DNA from: Dehalococcoidia bacterium
GTDB taxonomy: Bacteria; Chloroflexota; Dehalococcoidia; Bin125
Reading direction: 5' to 3'
Assembly: GCA_965211635.1 (NCBI GenBank)
Contig: OZ242948.1
Span: forward strand, 28,645 to 92,644
Length of the DNA stretch: 64,000 nt
Shown: positions 9,955 through 19,137 of the stretch, piece after piece
How the letters are laid out: every line of letters starts with the position of its first letter
Position numbering within the stretch: the first letter of the stretch is position 1
The notes under the pieces: model-generated
Database searches by the model: none
What the model saw: only the letters and a program-made list of their open reading frames with translations
What the model was told of the DNA's origin: nothing
Program-made: the position numbers and the translations under genes

Positions 9955-10031
9955 TGGCGCGCCCGGCAGGACTTGAACCTGCGACCTCTGCCTCCGCAGG
10001 GCAGCGCTCTAATCCGCTGAGCTACGGGCGC
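9955..10031 (-). tRNA. tRNA-Arg (anticodon GCG)
   Basis: Reverse complement GCGCCCGTAGCTCAGCGGATTAGAGCGCTGCCCTGCGGAGGCAGAGGTCGCAGGTTCAAGTCCTGCCGGGCGCGCCA folds as a full cloverleaf. The anticodon loop is CTGCGGA. Confidence 0.85.
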
Positions 10032-10071
10032 GTGGAACTGGTTGGTGCGGTGGTTGTCGAGACTGAAGTGT

Positions 10072-10158
<87 letters not shown>

Positions 10159-11016
10159 ATCGAGATGCAGCGTTGACCGCTGCTTGCAGCCTCTTGACTC
10201 TGCCCAACCTTCCCAAGCCTATCTGTTGATCGTGAACTCGTGGGCCTTCACGTACTGTACTGCGAACTGTCTCGTGGGCCGTCTTCCTATTGACAACGAG
10301 ATGTCGCGACTTGGGCAAGCTTCGGGCCGGCAAGGGCTGGCCACAATCCCCGCTGGCAACTCGCCTCTCACGTTGCTCAGCGGGAAGAGGCGGACCGAAG
10401 ACTTTCCGTCGGATCGCTGTGCCCCGGAGAACCTGTTGATCGTTTTGTGTCGCCGGTCAGGGGTGTCGCGGCATGGCAGCGTGTCGGCACTGCGGTTGCT
10501 GGCGGCCTCTGGGTCCTCCGGTGCTGAGACTGCAATAGGTGAGCTTGTCGCCCGTTGACATCCCGCCAATGCCGGCCAAGCCCAGCAAGCGCTCTGGCGA
10601 GATAGACCGGGTCACTTGCATGGTACTCATGCACCTCATGATGATCACCTGTTGCCACCATCATCGATTGCGCACACCTCCTTTGTCCACTGCGCACGCT
10701 ACAGCTCTAATGAGCTCATAGATATCTCAAATGGCAGGTTCATTTGACCTCGAAAGCGCCACATGAAGGTGGTAATCTACCTGTTTATGAGTATCGGTTC
10801 TACAAGAACACCCGCGCGAAGCGACGCTGGTACAGCGGGCTCCGCAACGGGCCTCCGGGCTGCAGGCCTGCGCCTCTACGCCCTCAGGATCCCGCTGCAC
10901 GAGCAAGTGGTCCTCGGAGGCTCCACGAATCACGAGTCCTCTCGGCTCCCGCCGAGCAAGTGAGTGCTATGCGGTCGGCGCGCGCAACGCCGGTCCCCGG
11001 GAGAGAAGGAAGAGAG

Positions 11017-12645
11017 ATGAAGCACCTGTTGACCGCTATCGCGGCCCTGCTCGTCGCGGGTTCGATGCTCGGGCTAGCAGACTGGGGAACGGTCGAGGCG
11101 GATAGCCATAACATCGCGCTGTCCGATTTCGAAGACTTCGTCGCCGAACTGCCCTACATTACCGACGCCGAGAAGACGACGGCGAACGCAGCCATCAACG
11201 AGACCTGGACAGGAAACGTGGTTGGCAGCCACATCCACAGCCTGTTCCAGGCACTGGTGCTCGCTCACGGCGGGGAGTGTCACAGCAAGTGGGGATCGCT
11301 GGAGCTTCCGCAGGGCGTGCAAGAATCCGGCTCGCTGTACGCATCAACCTGGCAGACCAACGGATGCGGCAGGGTCATTGTGACCGTCACAGGCTTCGCC
11401 CCAGTCAACACTGCCTGGGGCAACCTCCTCAACAACAACCCTCGTCAGCCGGGTAGCCAGGAATTCGCGAGCAATGAGCAGAGCGAGGCGTACATGCATG
11501 AGGCGTGGCAGCGCTACTTGCTGTACTCCCGGTGGGGCAAGACGGATACTGTGCTATGGAACGCGGCCGAGACGTTCTTCCACGCTATGGACGGAATCAC
11601 CGAAGCCGAGCTCGAGACGGTCAACGACTACATCGACAAGCCGCGGACCGACGGCAGCACCAATCTCTGGCTCAAGCACGTCCACGAAATCTTCCAGGAA
11701 CTCGTGCCCGAGCACACAGACTGTTCGGGTTACTACGATCCGAAGTGGGCACACGGAAGCACCGCCATCAAACCCGGAGCGGGGGGGCTGGATGACGTCA
11801 ACTGCGCCCGAATCATCGTGCAGATTACCGGCATTCAGCCTCCGACCAGCGGGTGGGGCAACCCGAAACCGGACGGTGTGTCGCAGGCCGTCCATGAGCA
11901 GACTTGGAAATCGTCAAGTTTCATTCAGGCCCAAAACCTACTGGAGATGTGGGAGCGCTACAGGGAGTACCCGCAGCGCGTGGCTCTTGAGGAACCCGGA
12001 ACCAACATCGGGCAGGTCTGCGCGTTCCGGCTGAACGGCGGGCAGGAGACACGCGGTGGTGGCGACTCGCGACCCGCCGCGCTCTTGGGGACTGCGACGG
12101 CGGCGGAGAAGGCTGCGGCGGTCCGCTCGTGCGGCTTCTTCCTCAATCCGGATCACTTCCACCACCGGACAGTCAACGGCGTCGCGCAGTGGATCTACAC
12201 GGGACCAGCGCAACCTTACCCACAGCGAGATCGGGTGGATCATAGCGAGCCCGACAGCGACGGCAGCGTCACTGTCAGGGTCTACAAGACGGCTGATGAC
12301 TCCAACCCGGTCGTGATCGAGGACAATCGCGAGGTCGCAGACCGCACTCAAGTCGTCAACGGCGAGACCGTGACTCACATCCCGTTGATGAGCATGGGCT
12401 CGACAACTAACCCGTGCGAGGGCAAGACGCTGGAGGAGTGCAAGCTGTTCATCGAAAACGACCCCGCCCTCGCTGCGGCGAACAACCACGATTCGGACCA
12501 CGAGGCTGGTTCGTTCATGGAGAACGACCCCGACTATCAGCGGCGGCGCCTGGAGGCGATGCGCATCCTGACGGGCTGCGACCCGAACGACCTCAGCAAT
12601 CACTGCATCGACTGGCAGTCCGGGCGCACCCCGTTTGGTCAGTAG
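11017..12645 (+). CDS. secreted hypothetical protein (542 aa) with an internal ~130-aa tandem duplication
   Basis: ATG at 11017 follows the GGAGAGAAGGAAGAGAG SD-like run. The signal peptide is MKHLLTAIAALLVAGSMLGLA/D. Repeats at aa 41-170 and 187-318 share F..(I)T.AE..T.N..I, H.H..FQ.LV..H..C, C.R(I)IV..TG..P...WGN and E.W.RY..Y. The ORF-track start at 10744 adds 91 aa of Arg/Pro-rich sequence and is not favoured. Confidence 0.75.
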   Translation: MKHLLTAIAALLVAGSMLGLADWGTVEADSHNIALSDFEDFVAELPYITDAEKTTANAAINETWTGNVVGSHIHSLFQALVLAHGGECHSKWGSLELPQGVQESGSLYASTWQTNGCGRVIVTVTGFAPVNTAWGNLLNNNPRQPGSQEFASNEQSEAYMHEAWQRYLLYSRWGKTDTVLWNAAETFFHAMDGITEAELETVNDYIDKPRTDGSTNLWLKHVHEIFQELVPEHTDCSGYYDPKWAHGSTAIKPGAGGLDDVNCARIIVQITGIQPPTSGWGNPKPDGVSQAVHEQTWKSSSFIQAQNLLEMWERYREYPQRVALEEPGTNIGQVCAFRLNGGQETRGGGDSRPAALLGTATAAEKAAAVRSCGFFLNPDHFHHRTVNGVAQWIYTGPAQPYPQRDRVDHSEPDSDGSVTVRVYKTADDSNPVVIEDNREVADRTQVVNGETVTHIPLMSMGSTTNPCEGKTLEECKLFIENDPALAAANNHDSDHEAGSFMENDPDYQRRRLEAMRILTGCDPNDLSNHCIDWQSGRTPFGQ

Positions 12646-12913
12646 GAGGAACCCACGAACAGAAAGGTCCAGCGAGAGAGGTTCTCGACGACTGGACCTG
12701 GAAGCGCGCCAGGGGGCTTCGCGCTCGCTGTGCTGGTCGACGGCCGGGTCTCGGTCTGGATTCGGCTGGCTCGTCGGGCTTGCCGCCGTCGTTGAGTTCG
12801 CCTTTCGGCGCAGGTTCTGGTGCGCCGTGGCGGGAAGTGCCTAGCGGACCATGCCTGCTCCATGGCAAGGGGCCTGGCCACCGTTCAAAGAAGGTTCCAT
12901 CTACCGCAGACGA

Positions 12914-12990
12914 TGGTGGGCGATGCAGGACTTGAACCTGCGGCCTCTCGGATGTGAACCGAACGCTCTAGCCAGCTGAGCTAATCGCCC
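12914..12990 (-). tRNA. tRNA-Val (anticodon CAC)
   Basis: Reverse complement GGGCGATTAGCTCAGCTGGCTAGAGCGTTCGGTTCACATCCGAGAGGCCGCAGGTTCAAGTCCTGCATCGCCCACCA. The anticodon loop is TTCACAT. Confidence 0.9.
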
Positions 12991-13004
12991 CCGCAATCCT
13001 GGGG

Positions 13005-13080
13005 TGGTAGCAGCGGCAGGACTCGAACCTGCGACACGGGGCTTATGAGTCCCCTGCTCTGCCAACTGAGCTACGCTGCC
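13005..13080 (-). tRNA. tRNA with CAT anticodon (elongator Met, or Ile2 if lysidine-modified)
   Basis: Reverse complement GGCAGCGTAGCTCAGTTGGCAGAGCAGGGGACTCATAAGCCCCGTGTCGCAGGTTCGAGTCCTGCCGCTGCTACCA. Position 1:72 is paired (G:U), so it is not an initiator type. Confidence 0.85.
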
Positions 13081-13169
13081 ACGTCCGGTTAGCGTATCTC
13101 ACTCCCCCTCTCAACGTCGCTGCTCGAACCATCCGAAAGACGCCGAAACGATGGCCAATCGCATACTCT

Positions 13170-13808
13170 GTGGCAAATCGAACTTGGCGAAGTCCCTGGA
13201 GCCTGGCGAACGTGGCCCTCGAGTGGCGACCAAACGATCCTGACTTCTCGCTTTCGGGGAGCATCCTGGTCGCCTCGCGGCATCTGGCCGACCCCAACTT
13301 CTTTCGAACCGTGGTCCTGATCCTCGAGCACGGCGAGGGCGCGCTCGGCGTCGTGCTCAATCGGCCCACCGCAGTCACGATTGCCGATGTCGTTCCAACC
13401 TGGTTGGACCTGGTCGCGGAGCCCGCGGTCGTCTTCCAGGGCGGCCCTGTCGAACGGACCGCTGCAATCGGCCTGGCGCGGCCGGGCGATCGTTTCGGCT
13501 CAGAACAGACGTCTTTCAGCTTGTCCATCAAAGACCCTGGTCGCGAGCTTGGAATCGTCAACCTGGGCGCAGATCCAGGCGAGTTGGCGGGTGTGGTTCG
13601 AGATGTACGAATCTTCTCGGGATACGCTGGATGGACAGCGGGACAGTTGGAGAGCGAAATCCAGGCGGGAGGCTGGCTCGTGTTGGACCACGAAGGGTTT
13701 GATCCATTGACCAACGATCCGGCAACGCTGTGGAATCTGGCTGCCAGCGCAGCCAGCAGCGGCCAGGGGGTAAGGGCCATCAATGGCCCGCTGGTGGAGA
13801 ACAACTAG
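13170..13808 (+). CDS. YqgE/AlgH family protein (UPF0301)
   Basis: LSGSILVASRHLADPNFFRTVVLILEHGEGALGVVLNRP is the family signature. The true start may be one of the in-frame GTGs at about 13212-13224. Confidence 0.8.
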   Translation: MANRTWRSPWSLANVALEWRPNDPDFSLSGSILVASRHLADPNFFRTVVLILEHGEGALGVVLNRPTAVTIADVVPTWLDLVAEPAVVFQGGPVERTAAIGLARPGDRFGSEQTSFSLSIKDPGRELGIVNLGADPGELAGVVRDVRIFSGYAGWTAGQLESEIQAGGWLVLDHEGFDPLTNDPATLWNLAASAASSGQGVRAINGPLVENN

Positions 13809-13871
13809 TCGACTGTCAGCCGCGAACTCCCCTCTAGCACGGGGAGCGAGGGATCTGGGGAGGGATGTGCG

Positions 13872-15047
13872 ATGGCCGACAGTCTGGGTTCGCGATTGCG
13901 CCGACGGCAGCAGTCCTGGGTTCTGTTTACGTTCCTCCGCAGGCCCTACTCGACCCGTGACGCGATCAGCCGCGCGTTGGTGGCGGCCGCGGTTGTCGGA
14001 GCGATTGTCGCGCCGATCTTCATCGGTGGTCGCGGCGGCGATGCCGCCGAGGGCGCGGGCGAGGCCTTCGCCGGCCAGCTCGCTGAGCTGGAAGAACTGC
14101 GCGAGGAGCGAGACGCGGAAGGAAGCTCGGACGACCTCGACGCCCGCATTCAGCATCTCGAGGACGCCACTCAGCTCGGCTACCTGGAGCGCGACGGCGA
14201 CGCCTCGGACAAGGGCGCGCTCGCGCCCGACTTCCGCCTGCTTGATCTGGAGGGCGAGCCGCATCGGCTGTCCGAGATCGAGGGGCCGATCGTGCTCAAC
14301 TTCTGGGCCAGTTGGTGCGAACCATGCATCGAGGAGATGCCGGAGTTTGAGCTTGTCAGCCAGGAGACCGCCGGTCGCGTCACGTTCGTCGGCGTCAATG
14401 ACGGTGAGAGCCTGGAGACGGCGCGCGAGTTCGCCTACGAGGTCACGGGCGTCAGCTACCTCGTTCTGCTCGACCCGACCAAGTCGATGACGGACGGTCC
14501 CTATCCGCTGGTCGGTCGTCCAACGACCTTCTTCATCGGCGCGGACGGAATCATCAAGGAACTGCGCGTGGGAATCGTCAGCCTTGAGACGTTGCGCGAA
14601 CTCGCAGGAGACCTGATCGGGGAGGACCTGGGCGCAGTACAGGAGGCGATGCCTGCGGACTACGCCGAGGCTGTGCTCAACATCATCGACTCGGCCAGGG
14701 CCAACTACGCCACGGCCGCGGCGCAGATCGGGCGCTGGCGCGAGAATCCGGCCGTATTCGGCGATCCGGGCTGGCAGCGGAACATGAGCGCGCAGGTGCG
14801 GATCTGGATGGACCTGAACGAGCAGTTCGCCGCACTGACGCCTCCGCCGCAGTGGGAAGCCCTGCACGACAACGTTGGCGATGCCCTGGCGCAGATTGCC
14901 AACGCCGCCGGTCCGTTGGTGAGCGGCGCCGTCGAGAACGGCAACGAAGACGGCCTGCAGGTTGCCGTTGGTCTGTTCGAGACCTTCCGCGCCACATTCG
15001 ACAGCGCCGCCGAGAATCTCGCTGGTGTGATAGAAACTCAGCAGTAG
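13872..15047 (+). CDS. membrane-anchored TlpA/ResA-like thiol-disulfide oxidoreductase with a C-terminal ~130-aa helical extension
   Basis: 391 aa with an N-terminal TM helix. The thioredoxin fold carries WASWCEPC in APDFRLLDLEGEPHRLSEIEGPIVLNFWASWCEPCIEEMPEF. The C-terminal domain has no family I recognise. Confidence 0.8.
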   Translation: MADSLGSRLRRRQQSWVLFTFLRRPYSTRDAISRALVAAAVVGAIVAPIFIGGRGGDAAEGAGEAFAGQLAELEELREERDAEGSSDDLDARIQHLEDATQLGYLERDGDASDKGALAPDFRLLDLEGEPHRLSEIEGPIVLNFWASWCEPCIEEMPEFELVSQETAGRVTFVGVNDGESLETAREFAYEVTGVSYLVLLDPTKSMTDGPYPLVGRPTTFFIGADGIIKELRVGIVSLETLRELAGDLIGEDLGAVQEAMPADYAEAVLNIIDSARANYATAAAQIGRWRENPAVFGDPGWQRNMSAQVRIWMDLNEQFAALTPPPQWEALHDNVGDALAQIANAAGPLVSGAVENGNEDGLQVAVGLFETFRATFDSAAENLAGVIETQQ

Positions 15048-15068
15048 GCTGCGCCTGCTAGCGTCATC

Positions 15069-15145
15069 GGGCGATTAGCTCAGTCGGCCAGAGCGTCCGG
15101 TTTACACCCGGGAGGTCGGAGGTTCGAGCCCTCCATCGCCCACCA
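15069..15145 (+). tRNA. tRNA-Val (anticodon TAC)
   Basis: GGGCGATTAGCTCAGTCGGCCAGAGCGTCCGGTTTACACCCGGGAGGTCGGAGGTTCGAGCCCTCCATCGCCCACCA. The anticodon loop is TTTACAC. Confidence 0.9.
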
Positions 15146-15163
15146 GATCGCGCTCCTGATGTC

Positions 15164-15238
15164 ATTCCCAGCTGGCCTGGGAATCTCGCCCGCAGATCAC
15201 GCTCCGCGGTCGGGCGGGATTCCCGCCTGCGCGGGAAT
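15164..15238. repeat. two REP-like palindromes of the ATTCCC...GGGAAT family
   Basis: attcccag-ctggc-ctgggaat (15164-15184) and attcccgc-ctgc-gcgggaat (15219-15238). The second is identical to the palindrome at 26327-26346. Confidence 0.7.
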
Positions 15239-15290
15239 GACGGAAGTGGAGCGCGGGAATGACGGAAGTGGAGCGCGGGAATGACGGAAC
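15231..15290. repeat. tandem repeat, 22-bp unit, 2.7 copies
   Basis: gcgggaatgacggaagtggagc occurs at 15231 and 15253, with a truncated copy at 15275. The unit begins with the right arm of the preceding palindrome. Confidence 0.85.
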
Positions 15291-15361
15291 AGAATCGCTG
15301 AAGTGACGAGCACTCGCGGATGCGCTCGACCGGCGGGAACGCACCCTAGAGTCTCACACGG

Positions 15362-15793
15362 ATGCCAGAGCGGAGGCTCGTCGTGGCGGAAGAGGTGCGG
15401 CTGCTGTCAGGCGGAAACCCGCAAATCCCCAAGGGCGACGGTGACGCGCCCGTGCAGGCGTACATCGCCGCGATGCCGGGCTGGAAGAGCGAGCTGGGAC
15501 GCCAGCTTGACCACTTGGTCGTGAATGCGGTCCCGAACGTGGTCAAGGCGATGCGCTGGAACTCGCCCTGGTACGGCGTCAAGGGCCAGGGCTGGTTCCT
15601 GAGCTTTCATGTCTTCACCAGGTATGTGAAGGTGACGTTCCTGCGGGGCGCATTGCTGGATCCGCTACCTCCGGGCTCAGGCAAGGATCCCGACTCCCGC
15701 TGGCTCGACATCTACGAAGAGGGCTTCGACGCCGAGCAGTTCACCGACTGGGTATGCCAGGCGGCTGCGATCCCTGGCTGGGATGGGTTCTGA
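15362..15793 (+). CDS. DUF1801 (YdhG-like) domain protein
   Basis: 143 aa. VQAYIAAMPGWKSELGRQLDHLVVNAVPNVVKAMRWNSPWYGVKGQGWFLSFHVFTRYVKVTFLRGALLD matches the DUF1801 pattern as I remember it. Confidence 0.7.
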   Translation: MPERRLVVAEEVRLLSGGNPQIPKGDGDAPVQAYIAAMPGWKSELGRQLDHLVVNAVPNVVKAMRWNSPWYGVKGQGWFLSFHVFTRYVKVTFLRGALLDPLPPGSGKDPDSRWLDIYEEGFDAEQFTDWVCQAAAIPGWDGF

Positions 15794-15915
15794 TTCGTTC
15801 TCGATGTGAAGCGAAGGGCAACGTACGATAGGCGCCATCAACGAGGAACTGTTCAACGCCTGCCCAATAACTGGCGGGTACCCTGCCTAAACCGAAACGT
15901 CAGAAAGGCTTGATC

Positions 15916-16575
15916 ATGAAACAGCTCGCTCCCGACCTCTGGCAGACCTCAAGACGAATGCTTTTCGACGGTGTGTACTCACACGCCTACTTGCTCACCC
16001 GACCGCAAGGCAACCTGTTGATCTACAGCATCGGCGAGGATCAGCAGGAAGACCTGGATGCGATCGAGGAGCTGGGCGGCGTTGAAATGCAGGTCTTGAG
16101 CCACCGTGATGAGATCGGTCCTGCGCTCGGCCAGATCCGCGAGCGATTCGACTCGCGCCTCGGCTACCACGAGGCCGACGACCACGCGATCCGCGACACG
16201 GCCGCTGCCGATCTCTTCGTCGGCGCGGACTGCGCTGACCCGCAACTCGAGGGAATCGACGTGCTGCACACGCCCGGGCACACGCCTGGCAGCATCTGCC
16301 TGCGCTACGAGTCGCCGCACGGCCAGTCCTATCTCTTCACCGGCGACACGATCGTTCCCAACTCCGGCAGTTGGGCAACCGGTGTGTACGCAGAGATCGA
16401 GGGCGACGCCGCCGACCTGGTCGAGAGCCTGACGTGCCTCCGCGATCAGGCGGCCGATCTTGTAATCAGCAGCGCCCACGGCGGTGACAGTGGCTACGTC
16501 GAGGTCACGGCCGACGTCTGGCGCGAAGCAATCGATGGTCGGATTGAGAGCCTCAAGAGGCGTTTCAACTGCTGA
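15916..16575 (+). CDS. MBL-fold metallo-hydrolase
   Basis: 219 aa from the ATG at 15916 (the ORF track starts at TTG 15910). Contains LSHRDE...HTPGHTPGSICL...TGDT motifs. The 3' end overlaps the convergent vapC by 11 nt. Confidence 0.8.
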   Translation: MKQLAPDLWQTSRRMLFDGVYSHAYLLTRPQGNLLIYSIGEDQQEDLDAIEELGGVEMQVLSHRDEIGPALGQIRERFDSRLGYHEADDHAIRDTAAADLFVGADCADPQLEGIDVLHTPGHTPGSICLRYESPHGQSYLFTGDTIVPNSGSWATGVYAEIEGDAADLVESLTCLRDQAADLVISSAHGGDSGYVEVTADVWREAIDGRIESLKRRFNC

Positions 16576-16984
16576 CCGAACTGAATGGGTTGATGACCCG
16601 AAGACCGGCGTAGTCCTGCCGGTCGCTGAGGTCCTCGGAGTAGACGGCTTCACAGCCCATGGCTTGCGCAGCAGCAAGAATGGCGGCATCCCAGTAGGAA
16701 ATCTGGAAGCGCTGGCAGATGTCTACTGCCTCAAGGAAGAGCTCAGGGGTGATCGGTTGGACGGGCATTCCTGCGAGCTCGTCCAGAAAGTCCCGCGCCT
16801 GTTCGTGATTGAGCAGAATCGACCGAGATGGTCGAGTCGCCTGAAAGTAGAACTCCTGGAGGACCTGTACGGACAGGCACAGGTCGTCTCGCGTGAGGAG
16901 ATCGAGGGCAGTCTCCGTCTTCCGTTGCTCGGTGGGGTGCAGTGAAGCCGCGTACAGAAGTACGTTCGTGTCAACGAGACGCAT
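16565..16984 (-). CDS. vapC: type II toxin, PIN-domain ribonuclease VapC
   Basis: 139 aa from the internal ATG at 16984, beginning MRLVDTNVLLYA. The acidic PIN residues are intact (D5, E44 in VLQEF, D99 in YWDAAIL). The longer 219-aa ORF start lies inside the antitoxin gene. Confidence 0.85.
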   Translation of the reverse strand: MRLVDTNVLLYAASLHPTEQRKTETALDLLTRDDLCLSVQVLQEFYFQATRPSRSILLNHEQARDFLDELAGMPVQPITPELFLEAVDICQRFQISYWDAAILAAAQAMGCEAVYSEDLSDRQDYAGLRVINPFSSVSS

Positions 16985-17246
16985 GACGGTCGTACAGATC
17001 CTCGCGCGGCACGTTATCGGCCACCCGGAACCCCGGACTGGTACGGCGGATATCCTCCCGAACCTTGAGGATTCCGCGCATGCGACGCTGGGAGGCAGTC
17101 TCCTGACTCCGCATGTCACGACTCTCTGTGGTGAGCTCCTGCAAGTAATCGCGCACGAGGGCTGAGACGGACGTGTCCATCTCGGCCGCTCGGATCCGTG
17201 CCTGCCGGTAAGTCTCGTCATCAACGGAGACTGTGATGTTCCTCAT
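16971..17246 (-). CDS. type II antitoxin (VapB-like, ribbon-helix-helix-type N-terminus)
   Basis: 91 aa, MRNITVSVDDETYRQARIRAAEMDTSVSALVRDYLQEL. It overlaps the vapC start by 14 nt. Confidence 0.7.
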   Translation of the reverse strand: MRNITVSVDDETYRQARIRAAEMDTSVSALVRDYLQELTTESRDMRSQETASQRRMRGILKVREDIRRTSPGFRVADNVPREDLYDRHASR

Positions 17247-17371
17247 TGCCGTCTTTCCAGACCACAGTCACACAGTAACTGCGATTCACAGTAGCAGGAA
17301 TGCCGTCAACACGTGGGCGCAGCGCACAGCAGAATCACCGGGAATCCCGCAGCTTGGTTGAATGATCGGCG

Positions 17372-17400
17372 TTGACCTGCTGACGGGGTCTACGTAGCCT
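17372..17400 (+). promoter_or_regulatory. putative sigma70-type promoter of the mutase cluster
   Basis: TTGACC, a 17-nt spacer, then TAGCCT, about 35 nt upstream of the 17434 start. Pattern match only. Confidence 0.3.
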
Positions 17401-17433
17401 CTGGGTATCTACCTTCGCGGAGGGAGCGTTGCC

Positions 17434-19104
17434 ATGTCCTCGAAACTCCAGGATTGGTTGGAGGGCCCGTACGCCAAGGCGACCGATCGCTTCCCTGAGC
17501 GGCGCGAGGCGTTCCGTCGTTCGTCCGGCGACCCGCTCGCGCCCATCTTTGTGAACGGCGACGACGATCCGCTGCCTGGCGAGTATCCCTACACCCGCGG
17601 CATCCAGCCGACCATGTACCGCGGCCGGCTCTGGACGATGCGCCAGTACGCCGGTCAGGAAGACGCCGAAGCCTCGAACCGGCGCTACCGATTCCTGCTT
17701 GACCAGGGTCAGACCGGACTCTCGGTCGCCTTCGACCTGCCTACGCAGATCGGCTACGACTCGGACGCGGCGATGGCCGAGGGCGAAGTCGGCAAGGTAG
17801 GGGTCGCGATCGACTCAATCGAGGACATGCGCACGCTGTTCGATCAGATCCCGCTTGATCGGGTCACGACATCGATGACGATCAACGCGACGGCGAACAT
17901 CCTGCTTTCGCTGTACGCCGCCGTGGCCGAGGAACAGGGAGTCGGCCGCGACAAGATCGGCGGTACCGTCCAGAACGACATCCTCAAGGAGTACGTCGCG
18001 CGCGGTACATACATCTATCCGCCGCAACCGTCGATGCGGCTGATCACGGACAGCTTCGACTACTGCACGCGCGAGGTTCCGCGCTGGAACACGATCTCGA
18101 TCTCCGGCTACCACATGCGCGAGGCGGGCTGTACGGCGGCGCAGGAAATCGGCTTCACGCTGGCCAATGCGATTGCCTACGTCGAGGCGGCGCTGGAGAA
18201 AGGCATGGCCTTCGACAGCTTCGGCCCGCGGCTCTCCTTCTTCTTCGCCTGTCACAGCAACTTCCTCGAAGAGGTGAGCAAGTTCCGCGCCGCGCGGCGG
18301 CTCTGGGCAAGCATCGCCCGCGAGCGTTTCGGCTCGGAGAATCAACGAGCGCAAATGCTGCGATTCCATACACAGACGGGCGGCGTCACGTTGACTGCGC
18401 AGCAGCCGGACAACAATGTGATACGCACCACGCTGCAGGCGCTCGCCGCCGTGCTGGGCGGCACGCAGTCGCTGCACACCAACTCGCTTGACGAGGCGCT
18501 GGGCCTGCCCTCGGAGCACGCCGTCGAGATCGCTCTGCGCACGCAGCAGGTGATCGGCTACGAGTCGGGCGTCGCTGACGTGATCGATCCGCTGGGCGGC
18601 TCCTACTACGTCGAGCAGACGACCGACGCGCTGGAAGCAGAGGCGCGCAACTACATCGACCAGATCGACGCGCTCGGCGGCGCCGTCTCGGCGATCGAGC
18701 AGGGGTATCAGCAAGCGGAAATCCTTGAGGCGTCCTCACAGTTCCAGCGAGAGGTGGAGACCGAGTCGGAAGCTGCTCGCGAAGGCGACCGCACCGCGGG
18801 CAAGCGCGGCCGCGTCATCGTCGGCGTCAACCGCTTCGAGACCGATGAAGACAGCGACGTCGAGATCGTCCGCGTCGACCCAAGCGTGCGCGAGCGGCAG
18901 ATCGAGAAGCTGGAGCGCCTGCGCGACGCACGCGACGCGAGCGCGGTCTCCGCCTCGCTGGACGCGATCCAGCAGGCGGCGTCAACGGACGAAAACCTGG
19001 TGCCGCTCATGCTCGATGCGGTGAAGCAGTCGGCGACCCTGGGCGAGATCTCCAATGCGCTGCGCGAGGTCTGGGGCGAGTACCGCGAGCGGATCGTCGT
19101 GTAG
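17434..19104 (+). CDS. methylmalonyl-CoA mutase family, large (catalytic TIM-barrel) subunit
   Basis: 556 aa. Contains [45 protein letters not shown] and [20 protein letters not shown]. There is no B12-binding domain, which is encoded separately at 22924. Confidence 0.9.
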   Translation: MSSKLQDWLEGPYAKATDRFPERREAFRRSSGDPLAPIFVNGDDDPLPGEYPYTRGIQPTMYRGRLWTMRQYAGQEDAEASNRRYRFLLDQGQTGLSVAFDLPTQIGYDSDAAMAEGEVGKVGVAIDSIEDMRTLFDQIPLDRVTTSMTINATANILLSLYAAVAEEQGVGRDKIGGTVQNDILKEYVARGTYIYPPQPSMRLITDSFDYCTREVPRWNTISISGYHMREAGCTAAQEIGFTLANAIAYVEAALEKGMAFDSFGPRLSFFFACHSNFLEEVSKFRAARRLWASIARERFGSENQRAQMLRFHTQTGGVTLTAQQPDNNVIRTTLQALAAVLGGTQSLHTNSLDEALGLPSEHAVEIALRTQQVIGYESGVADVIDPLGGSYYVEQTTDALEAEARNYIDQIDALGGAVSAIEQGYQQAEILEASSQFQREVETESEAAREGDRTAGKRGRVIVGVNRFETDEDSDVEIVRVDPSVRERQIEKLERLRDARDASAVSASLDAIQQAASTDENLVPLMLDAVKQSATLGEISNALREVWGEYRERIVV

Positions 19105-19137
19105 CTGTCGATACAGCCGAAAGTTCGGGATGACGTC

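Noticed and set aside
10457-10648. A 63-aa minus-strand ORF (MIIMRCMSTMQVTRSISPERLLGLAGIGGMSTGDKLTYCSLSTGGP...) considered as a RiPP-like precursor.
   Set aside because: There is no SD sequence, no adjacent modification enzymes, and the C-terminus is Arg/Pro/Gln-rich. Nothing supports the idea beyond a GG motif.
10744-11016. N-terminal 91-aa extension of the secreted protein (ORF-track start at 10744).
   Set aside because: The extension is Arg/Pro/Gly-rich and has no SD sequence. A textbook signal peptide begins at the internal ATG 11017, behind a purine-rich SD-like run.
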